Shown here: one piece after another, positions 1-10,331 of the stretch
Layout: each line of letters starts with the position of its first letter
Numbering within the stretch: the stretch's first letter is position 1
The notes under the pieces: generated by a model
The model's database searches: none
Told to the model about the DNA's origin: nothing
What the model saw: only the letters and a program-made list of their open reading frames with translations
NCBI RefSeq assembly: GCF_902713615.1
Contig: NW_024055709.1
Span: 124,001 to 164,118 of the forward strand
Direction: 5' to 3'
Origin: Scyliorhinus canicula
Taxonomy: Eukaryota
DNA length: 40,118 bases
Program-made: the position numbers and the translations under genes

Positions 1-185
1 TGGGATCCTTAGCCGATCTAGCTCAGCACCGTTTTCCCACTTTATCCCCATATCCCTCGACATCTTCAATATCCAGAAACTTGTCAATCTGTGTCTTGAA
101 CATACTTGACGACTGAAGCTGCACAATCCTCGGAGGGAGAGAATTCCAAAGCTTCACCATATCCTCGAGTGAAGAAATCCCTCCC
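1..185 (-). mobile_element. CR1-type LINE 3' fragment
   Basis: Reverse of the typical elasmobranch CR1 tail (ttcactcgagg...gtgaagctttggaattctctccc). Confidence 0.6.
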
Positions 186-429
186 ACCAGAATGGGATTA
201 GCTTGTTTTCCGCAGGTTCTAGTGCCACTGACCTATGATCTGTCACTTATCCTGATTGCCTGGCACTCATCTACCTAATCCTTGAATTAATATTTGTTAT
301 CATGTCCCTGGAAGACTTCAGGGTTCGGTCTGGAAGGATTATGCTGTAAAAAGTGAAGAAATGGCTGATAAAACAGCGCAGGTGGATTCAGCGGGAATGA
401 AGCCGCCTTTTCAACAATGCGGCCTGACC

Positions 430-1250
430 CTCAGGAGGTCTCACAATCCCGCGCTCTGTGGGGCTCTCTCAAGAGGTGGCGAAAATGATGACTGCCGACA
501 TTATCCGTGTTACTGACCAGAGGCTGAGTGTGCTGACTCAATATCTGTGAGCTCATGAGGCCCAGCTGCAAAACACCAGGAAGAGGCTCGATGATCCGGA
601 GGAGAGAATCCTGAACATTCAGCAAGATGCCTCCTCAACGGAGGCAAGAATTCAATCCTTTGAGAACCAGCCGAGTGGCTGGCGGAGGTCCTAGAGGATT
701 TGGAGAACCGAGTGTCAGAGAAAGAACATCCGAGTTGACGGCCTGTCAGAAGGTGTGGATGGTAAGGCTCCCGTTAGTTCTTCGAGGACCGGAAGCCACG
801 TTTTCTCAAGCTGGATGTGAAGCCTGGGTGTTTCAAATTGGAAAGGTCGTATCGTATCCTGTCTCTGAGGCTGAGGGATAGTTTTCATCCCAGGCCTATA
901 ATCATTCACTTCCACAACTGGAAAGATCGCCAGAATGTCCTGGAGAGGGAACGGTGAGGTGGCATCTGGCTCCAGGAGAGAGGGACGATTCAGGACTTTC
1001 GTCAGCAACACAAACGAAGCGTCGAGGCTTCGATGAAGTTCAAAGGCAGCTCAAGGCTGTGGGGAGTGAATTACGTCAGGCTTTATCCTGAGACCCAGAA
1101 AATGGTATCCAACAACTCCATCAAGTCTTTCAATAATCCAACTATCGCCTTGGCCTTCATTAAATCCATGAAGGGCCAGGATCTGGAGGGATGGTTTGCA
1201 GCTCGGACTAACTCAGGTTCTAATCCGAACTCTTTCCCTGTCATGGTATA
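430..1250 (+). pseudogene. Decayed L1-type LINE ORF1 fragment
   Basis: Frameshifted pieces translate as DLENR..RKNIRV.GL.EG, PRPIIIHFHNWKDRQNVLE and LYP, motifs typical of L1 ORF1p. Confidence 0.7.
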
Positions 1251-1255
1251 CTATC

Positions 1256-1480
1256 TTTTTTAAATTTAGTGTACCCAATTCATTTTTTTTCAATTAAGGG
1301 GCAATTTAGTGTGGCCAATCCACCTAGCCTGCACATTTTTGGGTTGTGGGGCCGAAACCCACGCAGACATGGGGAGAATGTGCAAACTCCACACGGACAG
1401 TGACCCTGAGCCGGGATCGAACCTGGGTCCTTGGCGCCGTGAGGCTGCAAGGCTAACCTCACTGCGCCACCGTGCTGCCC
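1256..1480 (-). mobile_element. HE1-like tRNA-derived SINE
   Basis: Head GGGCAGCACGGTGGCGCAGTG with A/B boxes; body GGGTCACTGTCCGTGTGGAGTTTGCAC; A-rich tail. Confidence 0.9.
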
Positions 1481-1514
1481 CTGTCATATTATTGTCTGTA
1501 TTTCAGAATTACAG

Positions 1515-1895
1515 AAATACACATAGGGACAGGAGTAGGCCATTCAGCCCTTCGAATCTGTCCTGCCATTTAGTGAGATCATGGCTGATCTGTGATCTAA
1601 CTCCATATCCATTAATATCTTTGCTTAACAAAACTCTACCTCAGATTTAAACTTAACAACTGATGCAACTTCACCTGCTGTTTGTGGGAAAGAGTTTCAA
1701 ACCTCTCCCACCCTGTGTGTGAAGAAGTTCTTCCGAACATCTCTCCTGAATGGTCAAGCCCTAATTTTTAGACAATGATCCCTACTTTTGGAATCTCCAA
1801 CCAGTGGAAATAGTTTATCTTTATCTACCCTGTCTTTCCCTGTTAATATCTTAAATACTTCAATCAGATCACACCTTAACCTTCTAAATTCTACG
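1515..1895 (-). mobile_element. CR1-type LINE 3' fragment
   Basis: ataggga..caggagtaggccattcagccc tail signature. Confidence 0.65.
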
Positions 1896-2012
1896 GATCA
1901 CAGGCCGAATTTATGGTTAAATCTTTGGGTAAGAGCCACTGCAATCTCTCCCTCACCTCCCACAGCATCCTGGGACACAATTCATCCAGAATTAGTAATA
2001 TAATAATCTTCT

Positions 2013-2296
2013 GGGCGGCACGGTAGCATAGTGGTTAGCACTGTTGCTTCACAGCATCAGGGACTTGGGGTCGATTCCCGGCTTCGGAGTCTGCACGTTC
2101 TCCCCATGTCTACGTGGGTTTCTTCCAGGTGCTCCGATTTCCTCCAACAAGTCCGGAAAGATGAGCTTGTTAGATGAATTTGACATTTTGAATTCTTCCT
2201 CTGCGTACCTGAACAGGCGAGTGGGGGATTGTCACAGCAACTTCATTGCAGTGTTAGTGTAAACCTACTTGTGACACTAATATTAAAGATTATTAT
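2013..2296 (+). mobile_element. HE1-related SINE with ...CCTACTTGTGACA..AAAGATTATTAT tail
   Basis: GGGCGGCACGGTAGCATAGTGGTTAGCA head and B-box GTCGATTCCC. Confidence 0.85.
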
Positions 2297-3319
2297 GAAT
2301 GGGCCAAAGGGCCTCTATCTGTGCTGTAAAGAGAGGGAATGAATGAGAAGGACTTTACAGAGAAACTGGCAAAGCCACAACATTCACCAGCTCTAAGGAC
2401 TCACCTTAGCTGCCTTTCCAATCTGAAAGCAGCCTGAGCTGGATTTACATTCCCCTTAATTCATCATTGCTGGGTGATAATCCTGTACTTCCTTACCTCA
2501 CACCACTGTGACAGCACCTTCACTACACAGACTGCAGCAACTGACCAAACATCACCTTCCCAGTTATTCCTGAAGGCACCGCCTTCCCAACCTGGCCCCT
2601 TGCCTGAGGTGTGGTGATCCTCAAGTCACATCACCGCCGGTCAGCTCTCTCTCCCGGGACCAGGCCCTGCTTCACAGCCGCCATCTTGGTTCACCGGGGA
2701 AGCAGAGCGCATGCGCTGGCGTCTTGGTGATGCAACAGCTGGTGGGCGGGACCTGAAGGTTTCTGTTTCCAGCCGGGTCCTAGTGCCCGGGGCATATACA
2801 AGCCACAGGTTTTTAAGATTTTTCACCCCCTCCCAGGCTGCAGCTGATGTTTGTAGCCTGGAGGTCTCTATGGATCACGGAGACATTCAGTGTGAGAGGC
2901 TGCAGCCTCTATATAGCTACCTGAAGGGGGTTATACAACGGGTGATTACATTTCGTGGTCCTTTCCCGTCCATTATCAGGATGTTTGTGTGATATTTTCT
3001 GACCCTCAGCGTGATATTTCTTTATTTAAAATACAGTTCAGCAGCAGGCTTACTGGTGATTTTTAAAGGAATAAAGGTTATTTATTTTCACAACCTTTCC
3101 CTGGATGTTTGAGCATCTAAGTCTCTCGGCTCTTTCACTCACTGACACAGACACAGAAATTAGGTACAGATCAAGTTGAAGCTGTGATGATGAAAATGGA
3201 ATGTAGACTGCAATCTTTATATCGCTGCAGGTCTGATGTCTTCTTATTGAGCCGATCCTTTAGTTGGAGTGAAGCGTTTTTAAAAGCAAATAATTCTCAT
3301 GAGTCTCTGAAGCTCCTTA

Positions 3320-3755
3320 TAAGACCATAAGGCATAGGAGCAGAATGAGGCCATTTGGCCCATCGACTCAGCTCCTCCATTCAATCATGGTTTATATTGT
3401 TTCATCCCCATTCCCCTACCTTCTCCCCATAATCCGTGATCCCCTTATTAATAAAGAACCTATCTATCTCTGTCTTAAAGACACTCAGTGAATTGGACGC
3501 CACAGCCTTCTGCGGCAAAGTGTTCCACAGATTCACCACCCTCTGGCTGAAGAAATTCCTCCTCATCTGTTTTAAAGGATCGTCCCTGTAGTCTGAGATG
3601 GTGTCCTCTGGTTCTATTTTTTGCTGCAAGTGGAAACATCCTCTTCATGTTCACTCTACCCAGGCCTCGCAGTATCTTGTAAGTTTCAATAAGATCCCCT
3701 CTCATCCTTCTAAACCCCAACGAGGACAGACCCAAAGTCCTCAAACGTTCTTGTA
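3320..3755 (-). mobile_element. CR1-type (HER1-like) LINE 3' fragment
   Basis: Minus ORF remnants RRMRGDLIETYKILRG and RNFFSQRVVNLWNTLP, canonical CR1 ORF2 C-terminus. Confidence 0.9.
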
Positions 3756-4167
3756 GATGAATAGCCAGGAGGTTGGGTCTGAGGTGGGCTTGGAAGCTGG
3801 AATAAGTTCAGTCCTGTGGCTGCACTGGGAGACATTCAGCTCTGTTGGTCCAGCTGGTTCCTGGTGCTTCTCACACACACATTTGCTTTGTTCAGGGTTT
3901 ATTATACTGCATCCCTGACAATTAACTGTAGGGTTAAAACTCTGGGGCCCAGAACACCCCGATACAATAGCAGTTTACGATGCTCACTCACGCTTATCTC
4001 TGTCCCAATTCAAGGTCATTCTCCTGTGTTCAATACGGCACTTGGAGACCAACAGTCCCGAGATTTCATATTCCTCAAATGCTGGTTCATCCTGACACAA
4101 CGACACATTTAAACTTCACAGGTGGCTGCAAAGTTTCCTTATTCAGGTCCGTGTTTAACTAAATATT

Positions 4168-5157
4168 GTAAGAAGTCTTACAACACCAGGTTAAAGTCCA
4201 ACAGGTTTGTTTCAAACACGAGCTTTCGGAGCACGGCTCCTTCTTCAGGTGAATGGAAAGGCTTGTTCCAGAAATGTTTATATGGACACAGTCAGAGATG
4301 CCCCGGAATGCGAGCACCTGCAGGCAATCAAATCATCAAAGATGCAGAGAGAGAGGTAACTCCAGGTTAAAGAGGTGTGAATTGTCCCAAGCCAGTTCAG
4401 TCGGTCGGCCTCTGCAAGTCCAGGCTTGTTGGTGGGGGCCGAATGTAATGCGACATGAATCCCAGATCCCGGTTGAGTCCGCATTCATGCGTGCGGAACT
4501 TAGCTATAAGTTTTTGCTCAGCAATTTTGCGTTGTCGCGTCTCCTGAAGGCCTCCTTGTAGAATGCTGACCCGGAGATCAGAGGCTGAATGTCCTTGACT
4601 GCTGAAGTGTTCCCCAACTGGAAGGGAACAGTCCTGCCTGTTGATAGTCGCACGATGCCCGTTTATTCGTTGTCGCAGTGTCTGCATGGTCTCGCCAATG
4701 TACCACGCTTCGGGACATCCTTTCCTGCAGCGTATGAGGTAGACTACATTGGTCGAGTCGCACGAGTATGCGCCGCGTACCTGGTGGGTGGTGTTTCCAC
4801 GTGTAATGGTGGTGTCCATGTCGATGATCTGGCATGTCTTGCAGAGATTACCCTGGCAGGGTTTTGTGGTGTTGTGGTTGCTGTTCTGAAGGCTGGGTAA
4901 TTTGCTGCAAACAATGGTTTGTTTGAGGTTGCGCGGTTGTTTGAAGGCCAGTAGTGGGGGTGTGGGGATGACCTTGGCAAGATGTCGATCCTCGCTGATG
5001 ATGTGTTGGAGGCTGCGAAGAAGATGTCGTAGTTTCTCCGCCCCAGGAAAGTACTGGACGACGAAGGGTACTCTGTCAGTGGTGTCCCGTGTTTGTCTTC
5101 TGAGGAGGTCGGTGCGGTTTTTTGCTGTGGCGCGGTGGAACTGTCGATCAATGAGTC
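4168..5157 (-). repeat. 990-bp inverted copy of the PLE 3' end (7567-8556) lacking the terminal tail
   Basis: Reverse complement; ORF 4397..4819 (-) reproduces the GIY-YIG C-terminus. Confidence 0.95.
4211..4253 (-). ncRNA. Minimal hammerhead ribozyme motif in the inverted PLE arm
   Basis: Reverse complement of the pLTR motif. Confidence 0.78.
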
Positions 5158-5173
5158 TACATTCTACATTCTT

Positions 5174-5611
5174 GCATTCTACAAGGAGGCCTTCAGGAGA
5201 CGCGACAACGCAAAATTGCTGAGCAAAAACTTATAGCTAAGTTCCGCACGCATGAATGCGGACTCAACCGGGATCTGGGATTCATGTCGCATTACATTCG
5301 GCCCCCACCAACAAGCCTGGACTTGCAGAGGCCTACCGACTGAACTGGCTTGGGACAATTCACACCTCTTTAACCTGGAGTTACCTCTCTCTCTGCATCT
5401 TTGATGATTTGATTGCCTGCAGGTGCTCGCATTCCGGGGCATCTCTGACTGTGTCTATATAAACATTTCTGGAACAAGCCTTTCCATTCACCTGAAGAAG
5501 GAGCCGTGCTCCGAAAGCTCGTGTTTGAAACAAACCTGTTGGACTTTAACCTGGTGTTGTAAGACTTCTTACTGTGCTCACCCCAGTCCAACGCCGGCAT
5601 CTCCACATCAT
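5174..5611 (+). repeat. 5' pseudo-LTR of the PLE (438 bp; TATATAAA at 5456-5463; ends on the ORF ATG)
   Basis: Apparently identical to 8158-8595 (offset 2984; overlapping ORF translations are identical). Confidence 0.93.
5487..5529 (+). ncRNA. Minimal type I hammerhead ribozyme motif in the 5' pLTR
   Basis: CAC-CUGAAGA-A-GGAGC/CGU/GCUCC-GAAA-GC-UC-GUG: conserved core, 5-bp stem II, palindromic AGCU stem III, CAC/GUG stem I. Confidence 0.8.
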
Positions 5612-8327
5612 GGCTACCATTGACACCGCAAACTGCCGGCTCAAAGTGGAGAGGATCTCCAGGAAGATCGCGCATATAGACACTGACATTCAGTTTCTAC
5701 AAAGATGCAAAAAAGCAGACAAGATCCCGAAAGGACTACAGATCAAAAACCCACTCAAGTCGACTTACAACACAGACTACGCTGAAAGACTCTGCCACCG
5801 CACCTCTGTCACACTCCTCAAACACCTCGTACACCAACTCTACAGCAGTCGACGCAACCTGGAAACCAAGAGAGAGGCCATATTCTCAACTTGCGCTCAG
5901 GACACAGCAGACCAGCTGCGGAACACCGCCAAACAGATGAGACAGCAATACTATGCCACCTACATGCACACCAAGAACAGGAAGCTTGAGAAACTTGGCA
6001 TCACCACCAGCAGCAATCAAGCTTCTCCCGGTACAACAGTCGAAAACAATACAGGGAAATCCATTGTCAACTTGTCAGACTACACCCTTCAACCAGACGA
6101 AATCGAAGTCCTCAGCAGAGGGCTCAATTTCTGCACCACCACCAAAATGGACCCCATCAGTCTCGCGGCAGATACGGAGGAATTCATCAGGCGAATGAGG
6201 CTCCGGGAATTCTTCCACAGACCCCAAGAGGCCGACAGCGAACCCAGGGACACGACCAATGAACCGGAACAGCAGACCGCGAGGTCTGCAGTGCAGCAAC
6301 CGAAAAGGAAAGAGTCAAATTGGACCCCTCCGGAAGGCCGCTGCCCTAGACTCGACATGTATGCTCAAGCCGTCAGAAGTCGTGTCAATGCCAGATTCAT
6401 CACTCGCAATCACAAGGCAGCCTCAAACGTCACCCAAGCACAACGCAACGCCATCCGCACTCTCAAGACCAACCGCAACATCGTCATCAAACCAGCAGAC
6501 AAAGGAGGGGCCACCGTCATACTGAACAGAACAGACTACTGCAAAGAAGTATACCGACAACTCGACAACCAGGAACACTACAGGCAGTTACCCGCAGATC
6601 CAACCAAGGAACACATCCGCCAACTCAGCAGACTGATCAAGACCTTAGATCCAGACCTTCAGAACACCCTACGTGCTCTCATCCCACGTAATCCCCGCAT
6701 TGGAGATCTCTACTGCCTCCCGAAAATACACAAGGCCAACACACCAGGCCGTCCTATCGTTTCAGGCAATGGGACCCTGTGTGAGAACCTCTCTGGCCAC
6801 ATCGAGGGCATCTTGAAACCCATCGTACAAGGTACACCCAGCTTCTGTCGCGACACGACGGACTTCCTACAGAAACTCAGCACCCATGGACCAGTTGAAC
6901 CAGGAACATTCCTCGTCACAATGGATGTCTCGGCACTCTACACCAGCATCCCCCATGACGACGGCATTGCTGCAACAGCCTCAGTCCTCAACACCGACAA
7001 CTGCCAATCTCCAGACGCAATTCTGCAACTCATCCGTTTCATTCTAGACCACAACGTCTTCACCTTCGACAACAAATTCTTCATCCAGACGCACGGAACA
7101 GCCATGGGGACCAAATTTGCACCTCAATATGCCAACATCTTCATGCACAAGTTTGAACAGGACTTCCTCACCACACAGGACTTTCAACCGATGCTATACA
7201 CCAGATACATCAATGACATTTTTTTCCTTTGGACCCACGGCGAGACATCACTGAAACGACTACACGATGACATCAATAAGTTCCATCCCACCATCAAACT
7301 CACCATGGACTATTCTCCAAATTCAGTTCCATTCTTGGACACACTCGTCTCCATCAAGGACGGTCACCTCAGCACCTCGCTTTACCGCAAGCCCACAGAT
7401 AATCTCACGATGCTCCACTTCTCCAGCTTTCACCCGAAACACATTAAAGAAGCCATCCCCTATGGACAAGCCCTCCGTATACACAGGATCTGCTCAGACA
7501 AGGAGGAGCGCAACAGACACCTACAGATGCTGAAAGATGCCCTCGTACGAACGGGATATGGCGCTCGACTCATTGATCGACAGTTCCACCGCGCCACAGT
7601 AAAAAACCGCACCGACCTCCTCAGAAGACAAACACGGGACACCACTGACAGAGTACCCTTCGTCGTCCAGTACTTTCCTGGGGCGGAGAAACTACGACAT
7701 CTTCTTCGCAGCCTCCAACACATCATCAGCGAGGATGGACATCTTGCCAAGGTCATCCCCACACCCCCACTACTGGCCTTCAAACAACCGCGCAACCTCA
7801 AACAAACCATTGTTTGCAGCAAATTACCCAGCCTTCAGAACAGCAAACACAACACCACAAAACCCTGCCAGGGTAATCTCTGCAAGACATGCCAGATCAT
7901 CGACATGGACACCACCATTACACGTGGAAACACCACCCACCAGGTACGCGGCGCATACTCGTGCGACTCGACCAATGTAGTCTACCTCATACGCTGCAGG
8001 AAAGGATGTCCCGAAGCGTGGTACATTGGCGAGACCATGCAGACACTGCGACAACGAATAAACGGGCATCGTGCGACTATCAACAGGCAGGACTGTTCCC
8101 TTCCAGTTGGGGAACACTTCAGCAGTCAAGGACATTCAGCCTCTGATCTCCGGGTCAGCATTCTACAAGGAGGCCTTCAGGAGACGCGACAACGCAAAAT
8201 TGCTGAGCAAAAACTTATAGCTAAGTTCCGCACGCATGAATGCGGACTCAACCGGGATCTGGGATTCATGTCGCATTACATTCGGCCCCCACCAACAAGC
8301 CTGGACTTGCAGAGGCCTACCGACTGA
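5610..8327 (+). CDS. Penelope-like RT plus GIY-YIG endonuclease, 905 aa from ATG 5610; RT motif C reads YIND
   Basis: RT motifs KPADKG, GRPIVS, LVTMDVSALYTSI, QTHGTAMG, RYINDIF; CKTC/H/H motif and VYLIRC...WYIGET...R...E...GLN endonuclease. Confidence 0.95.
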   Translation: MATIDTANCRLKVERISRKIAHIDTDIQFLQRCKKADKIPKGLQIKNPLKSTYNTDYAERLCHRTSVTLLKHLVHQLYSSRRNLETKREAIFSTCAQDTADQLRNTAKQMRQQYYATYMHTKNRKLEKLGITTSSNQASPGTTVENNTGKSIVNLSDYTLQPDEIEVLSRGLNFCTTTKMDPISLAADTEEFIRRMRLREFFHRPQEADSEPRDTTNEPEQQTARSAVQQPKRKESNWTPPEGRCPRLDMYAQAVRSRVNARFITRNHKAASNVTQAQRNAIRTLKTNRNIVIKPADKGGATVILNRTDYCKEVYRQLDNQEHYRQLPADPTKEHIRQLSRLIKTLDPDLQNTLRALIPRNPRIGDLYCLPKIHKANTPGRPIVSGNGTLCENLSGHIEGILKPIVQGTPSFCRDTTDFLQKLSTHGPVEPGTFLVTMDVSALYTSIPHDDGIAATASVLNTDNCQSPDAILQLIRFILDHNVFTFDNKFFIQTHGTAMGTKFAPQYANIFMHKFEQDFLTTQDFQPMLYTRYINDIFFLWTHGETSLKRLHDDINKFHPTIKLTMDYSPNSVPFLDTLVSIKDGHLSTSLYRKPTDNLTMLHFSSFHPKHIKEAIPYGQALRIHRICSDKEERNRHLQMLKDALVRTGYGARLIDRQFHRATVKNRTDLLRRQTRDTTDRVPFVVQYFPGAEKLRHLLRSLQHIISEDGHLAKVIPTPPLLAFKQPRNLKQTIVCSKLPSLQNSKHNTTKPCQGNLCKTCQIIDMDTTITRGNTTHQVRGAYSCDSTNVVYLIRCRKGCPEAWYIGETMQTLRQRINGHRATINRQDCSLPVGEHFSSQGHSASDLRVSILQGGLQETRQRKIAEQKLIAKFRTHECGLNRDLGFMSHYIRPPPTSLDLQRPTD

Positions 8328-8595
8328 ACTGGCTTGGGACAATTCACACCTCTTTAACCTGGAGTTACCTCTCTCTCTGCATCTTTGATGATTTGATTGC
8401 CTGCAGGTGCTCGCATTCCGGGGCATCTCTGACTGTGTCTATATAAACATTTCTGGAACAAGCCTTTCCATTCACCTGAAGAAGGAGCCGTGCTCCGAAA
8501 GCTCGTGTTTGAAACAAACCTGTTGGACTTTAACCTGGTGTTGTAAGACTTCTTACTGTGCTCACCCCAGTCCAACGCCGGCATCTCCACATCAT
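8158..8595 (+). repeat. 3' pseudo-LTR of the PLE (overlaps the ORF end)
   Basis: Direct repeat of 5174-5611; ends in a 38-nt tail ...CCGGCATCTCCACATCA. Confidence 0.93.
8471..8513 (+). ncRNA. Minimal hammerhead ribozyme motif in the 3' pLTR
   Basis: Identical to 5487-5529. Confidence 0.8.
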
Positions 8596-8769
8596 AACTA
8601 AATATTGGTCACAGCATCGAATATTGCCCACAGTTTAATGTCCACAGTAACCTGTTAAGTTGCAGCCACTTTGGCAGAGTTTGTGGATCTGACAGTCTAT
8701 ATTATCTAATATTCTTGTGCTGAGCGTGAATCTACTTTGAGTCTGGTTAAAACAGTGCGTTGTAGCTGG

Positions 8770-9054
8770 GTGGGGTAGGATAGCACTGTTGCTTCACAGT
8801 TGCAGGGTCCCAGATTCGATGCCCAGCTTGGGTCACTGTCTGTGTGGAGTCTGCACGTTCTCCCCGTGGGTTTCCTCCGGGTGCTCCGGTTTGCTCCCAC
8901 AAGTCCCGAAAGACGTGCTGTGAATTGAACATTCTGAATGCTCCCTCTGTGACCCAACCATGCGCCGGAGTGTGGTGACGAGGGGCTTTTCACAGTAACT
9001 TCATTGCATTGTTAATGTAAGCCTACTTGTGACAATAAAGATTATTATTATTAT
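8770..9054 (+). mobile_element. HE1-related SINE
   Basis: Same body and tail as 2013-2296. Confidence 0.85.
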
Positions 9055-9484
9055 GGAGGGGGTGGGCGGTTACTCTGGCTGCCGACTTCTGTTCTGTGGT
9101 CTTGTCTATTCCCAGTGGTCTTGCAGAGGGAGCATGTGGTATCCACCGGAATGCGTGACACCTTCCACACCCAGTGGCTACCTCAGCGGACAGAGTGTTT
9201 CAGAGACACTGGGGACAATATTCTGGTTCAAAACTTCTTTTTCAGGCATTAGAACGGGAGATTTGGCAGCTGGGCAACTCGAACCAAATATAACATCAAG
9301 ATCTGACTCAATTCATTAGGACCTACATATCACAAACTGTCAATGTGTTTGTCTGTTCTGACTGTGGGAAGAGATTTCAAACATCAGTGTGGCTGGAAAA
9401 GCCCCGAAACCCACACACACCTGAGGGAGAGAGTTCCAGTGAACTGACTGTGGAAAGAGCTTTAACCAGTTACACAGCCTGAAA

Positions 9485-9620
9485 AATCATCTTGTTTCCT
9501 CTTGTGGGACAGTCTGGGACCAGAGGGCATAATCTCAGAGTAAGAGATCTCAAATTTAGGACAGAGGTGAGGAGACATTTCTTCCATCAGAGGGTAGTGA
9601 ATCTGTGGAATTCTTCAGCT
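9485..9620 (+). mobile_element. CR1 LINE fragment
   Basis: aaatttaggacagaggtgaggagacatttcttccatcagagggtagtgaatctgtggaattc. Confidence 0.7.
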
Positions 9621-9685
9621 GTGCAATCATCCTGTCTCTGGAGTTTACCATAAAAAGGCAAAGGTGAAGGTGACTTAACCCGGAT

Positions 9686-9704
9686 GGGCCGCTTGGTGGC
9701 GCAG
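9686..9704 (+). promoter_or_regulatory. Candidate CTCF site (GGGCCGCTTGGTGGCGCAG)
   Basis: One mismatch to the CC(A/G)C(C/T)AG(G/A)(G/T)GGC(A/G)C core; lies just past the membrane poly(A) region. Confidence 0.5.
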
Positions 9705-9876
9705 CGGCTCTTTCACTGAGGGGCCTTGAGTTCAGACACATCCCAGACAGGACTGGTGAGAAATATCTGTCTGGGAAAGGGGAGAAAACGGTATAATCGG
9801 GGAAATGGAGCGCTGCCGATGGAGCTGAGAGAAAGGAGTTCAGATTAGACTTGTTTTCTTCATTTTTCATTCAATA

Positions 9877-9917
9877 TTTATTAAAATTTCAGAGAAAATA
9901 TAGCACAAAAGTTTATT
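9877..9917 (-). terminator. Candidate membrane mu polyadenylation signals (AATAAA at 9917-9912 and 9882-9877)
   Basis: Two AATAAA hexamers about 400-450 nt after the TM2 stop; which is used cannot be told from sequence. Confidence 0.55.
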
Positions 9918-10322
9918 TTGATGTTTACAAAAGGGAACATAGCGATTGAGGGTCACAGTGAGAACAGAACACACGCCCTTTGAGCTGCCAAATGTATGTA
10001 CAACTGTAACAGACACAAGAGAGAACGGGAGCTCAACATAAAGGGAAGGCAACTGTTGTAAATAAGGTACGAGGTAAGTTACTTATTTAGACATGACATT
10101 GAGAGAAATTATTAACTACAATTACATTACAGCCAAAATTATCGCGTACATTTTAAACTGAAAAGCAGAAATACTGTCCATGATTGTCTCAGTTACAGAT
10201 GCAGAATAATAAACTGAGATAATTTTACTGTTCGAGTCACCAAGAGGAGATATTGTATTTCTGTCACACACATATCATAATAAACAGCTGAGGGAAATCT
10301 ACAGCGTCCGAAAGTCAACCCA

Positions 10323-10331
10323 TCACTTGAT
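10323..10331 (-). CDS. IGHM: TM2 exon coding part (IK*)
   Basis: Polypyrimidine tract ttttctctctcctttacAG followed by ATC AAG TGA. Confidence 0.9.
   Translation of the reverse strand: MK

Larger units (their letters stand above)
4169..8594 (+). mobile_element. Penelope-like element (Penelope/Poseidon type) insertion: inverted 3' arm + pLTR-ORF-pLTR, flanked by 13-bp TSD TAACTAAATATTG
   Basis: TSD at 4156-4168 and 8595-8607; direct repeats 5174-5611 and 8158-8595; inverted arm 4168-5157 mirrors 7567-8556; RT + GIY-YIG ORF. Confidence 0.95.

Noticed and set aside
4253-8601. Many 60-140-aa ORFs overlapping the PLE
   Set aside because: Alternative-frame or antisense shadows of the single RT-endonuclease ORF and its duplicated ends; the listed 5574 start is an upstream GTG, and the first ATG is at 5610
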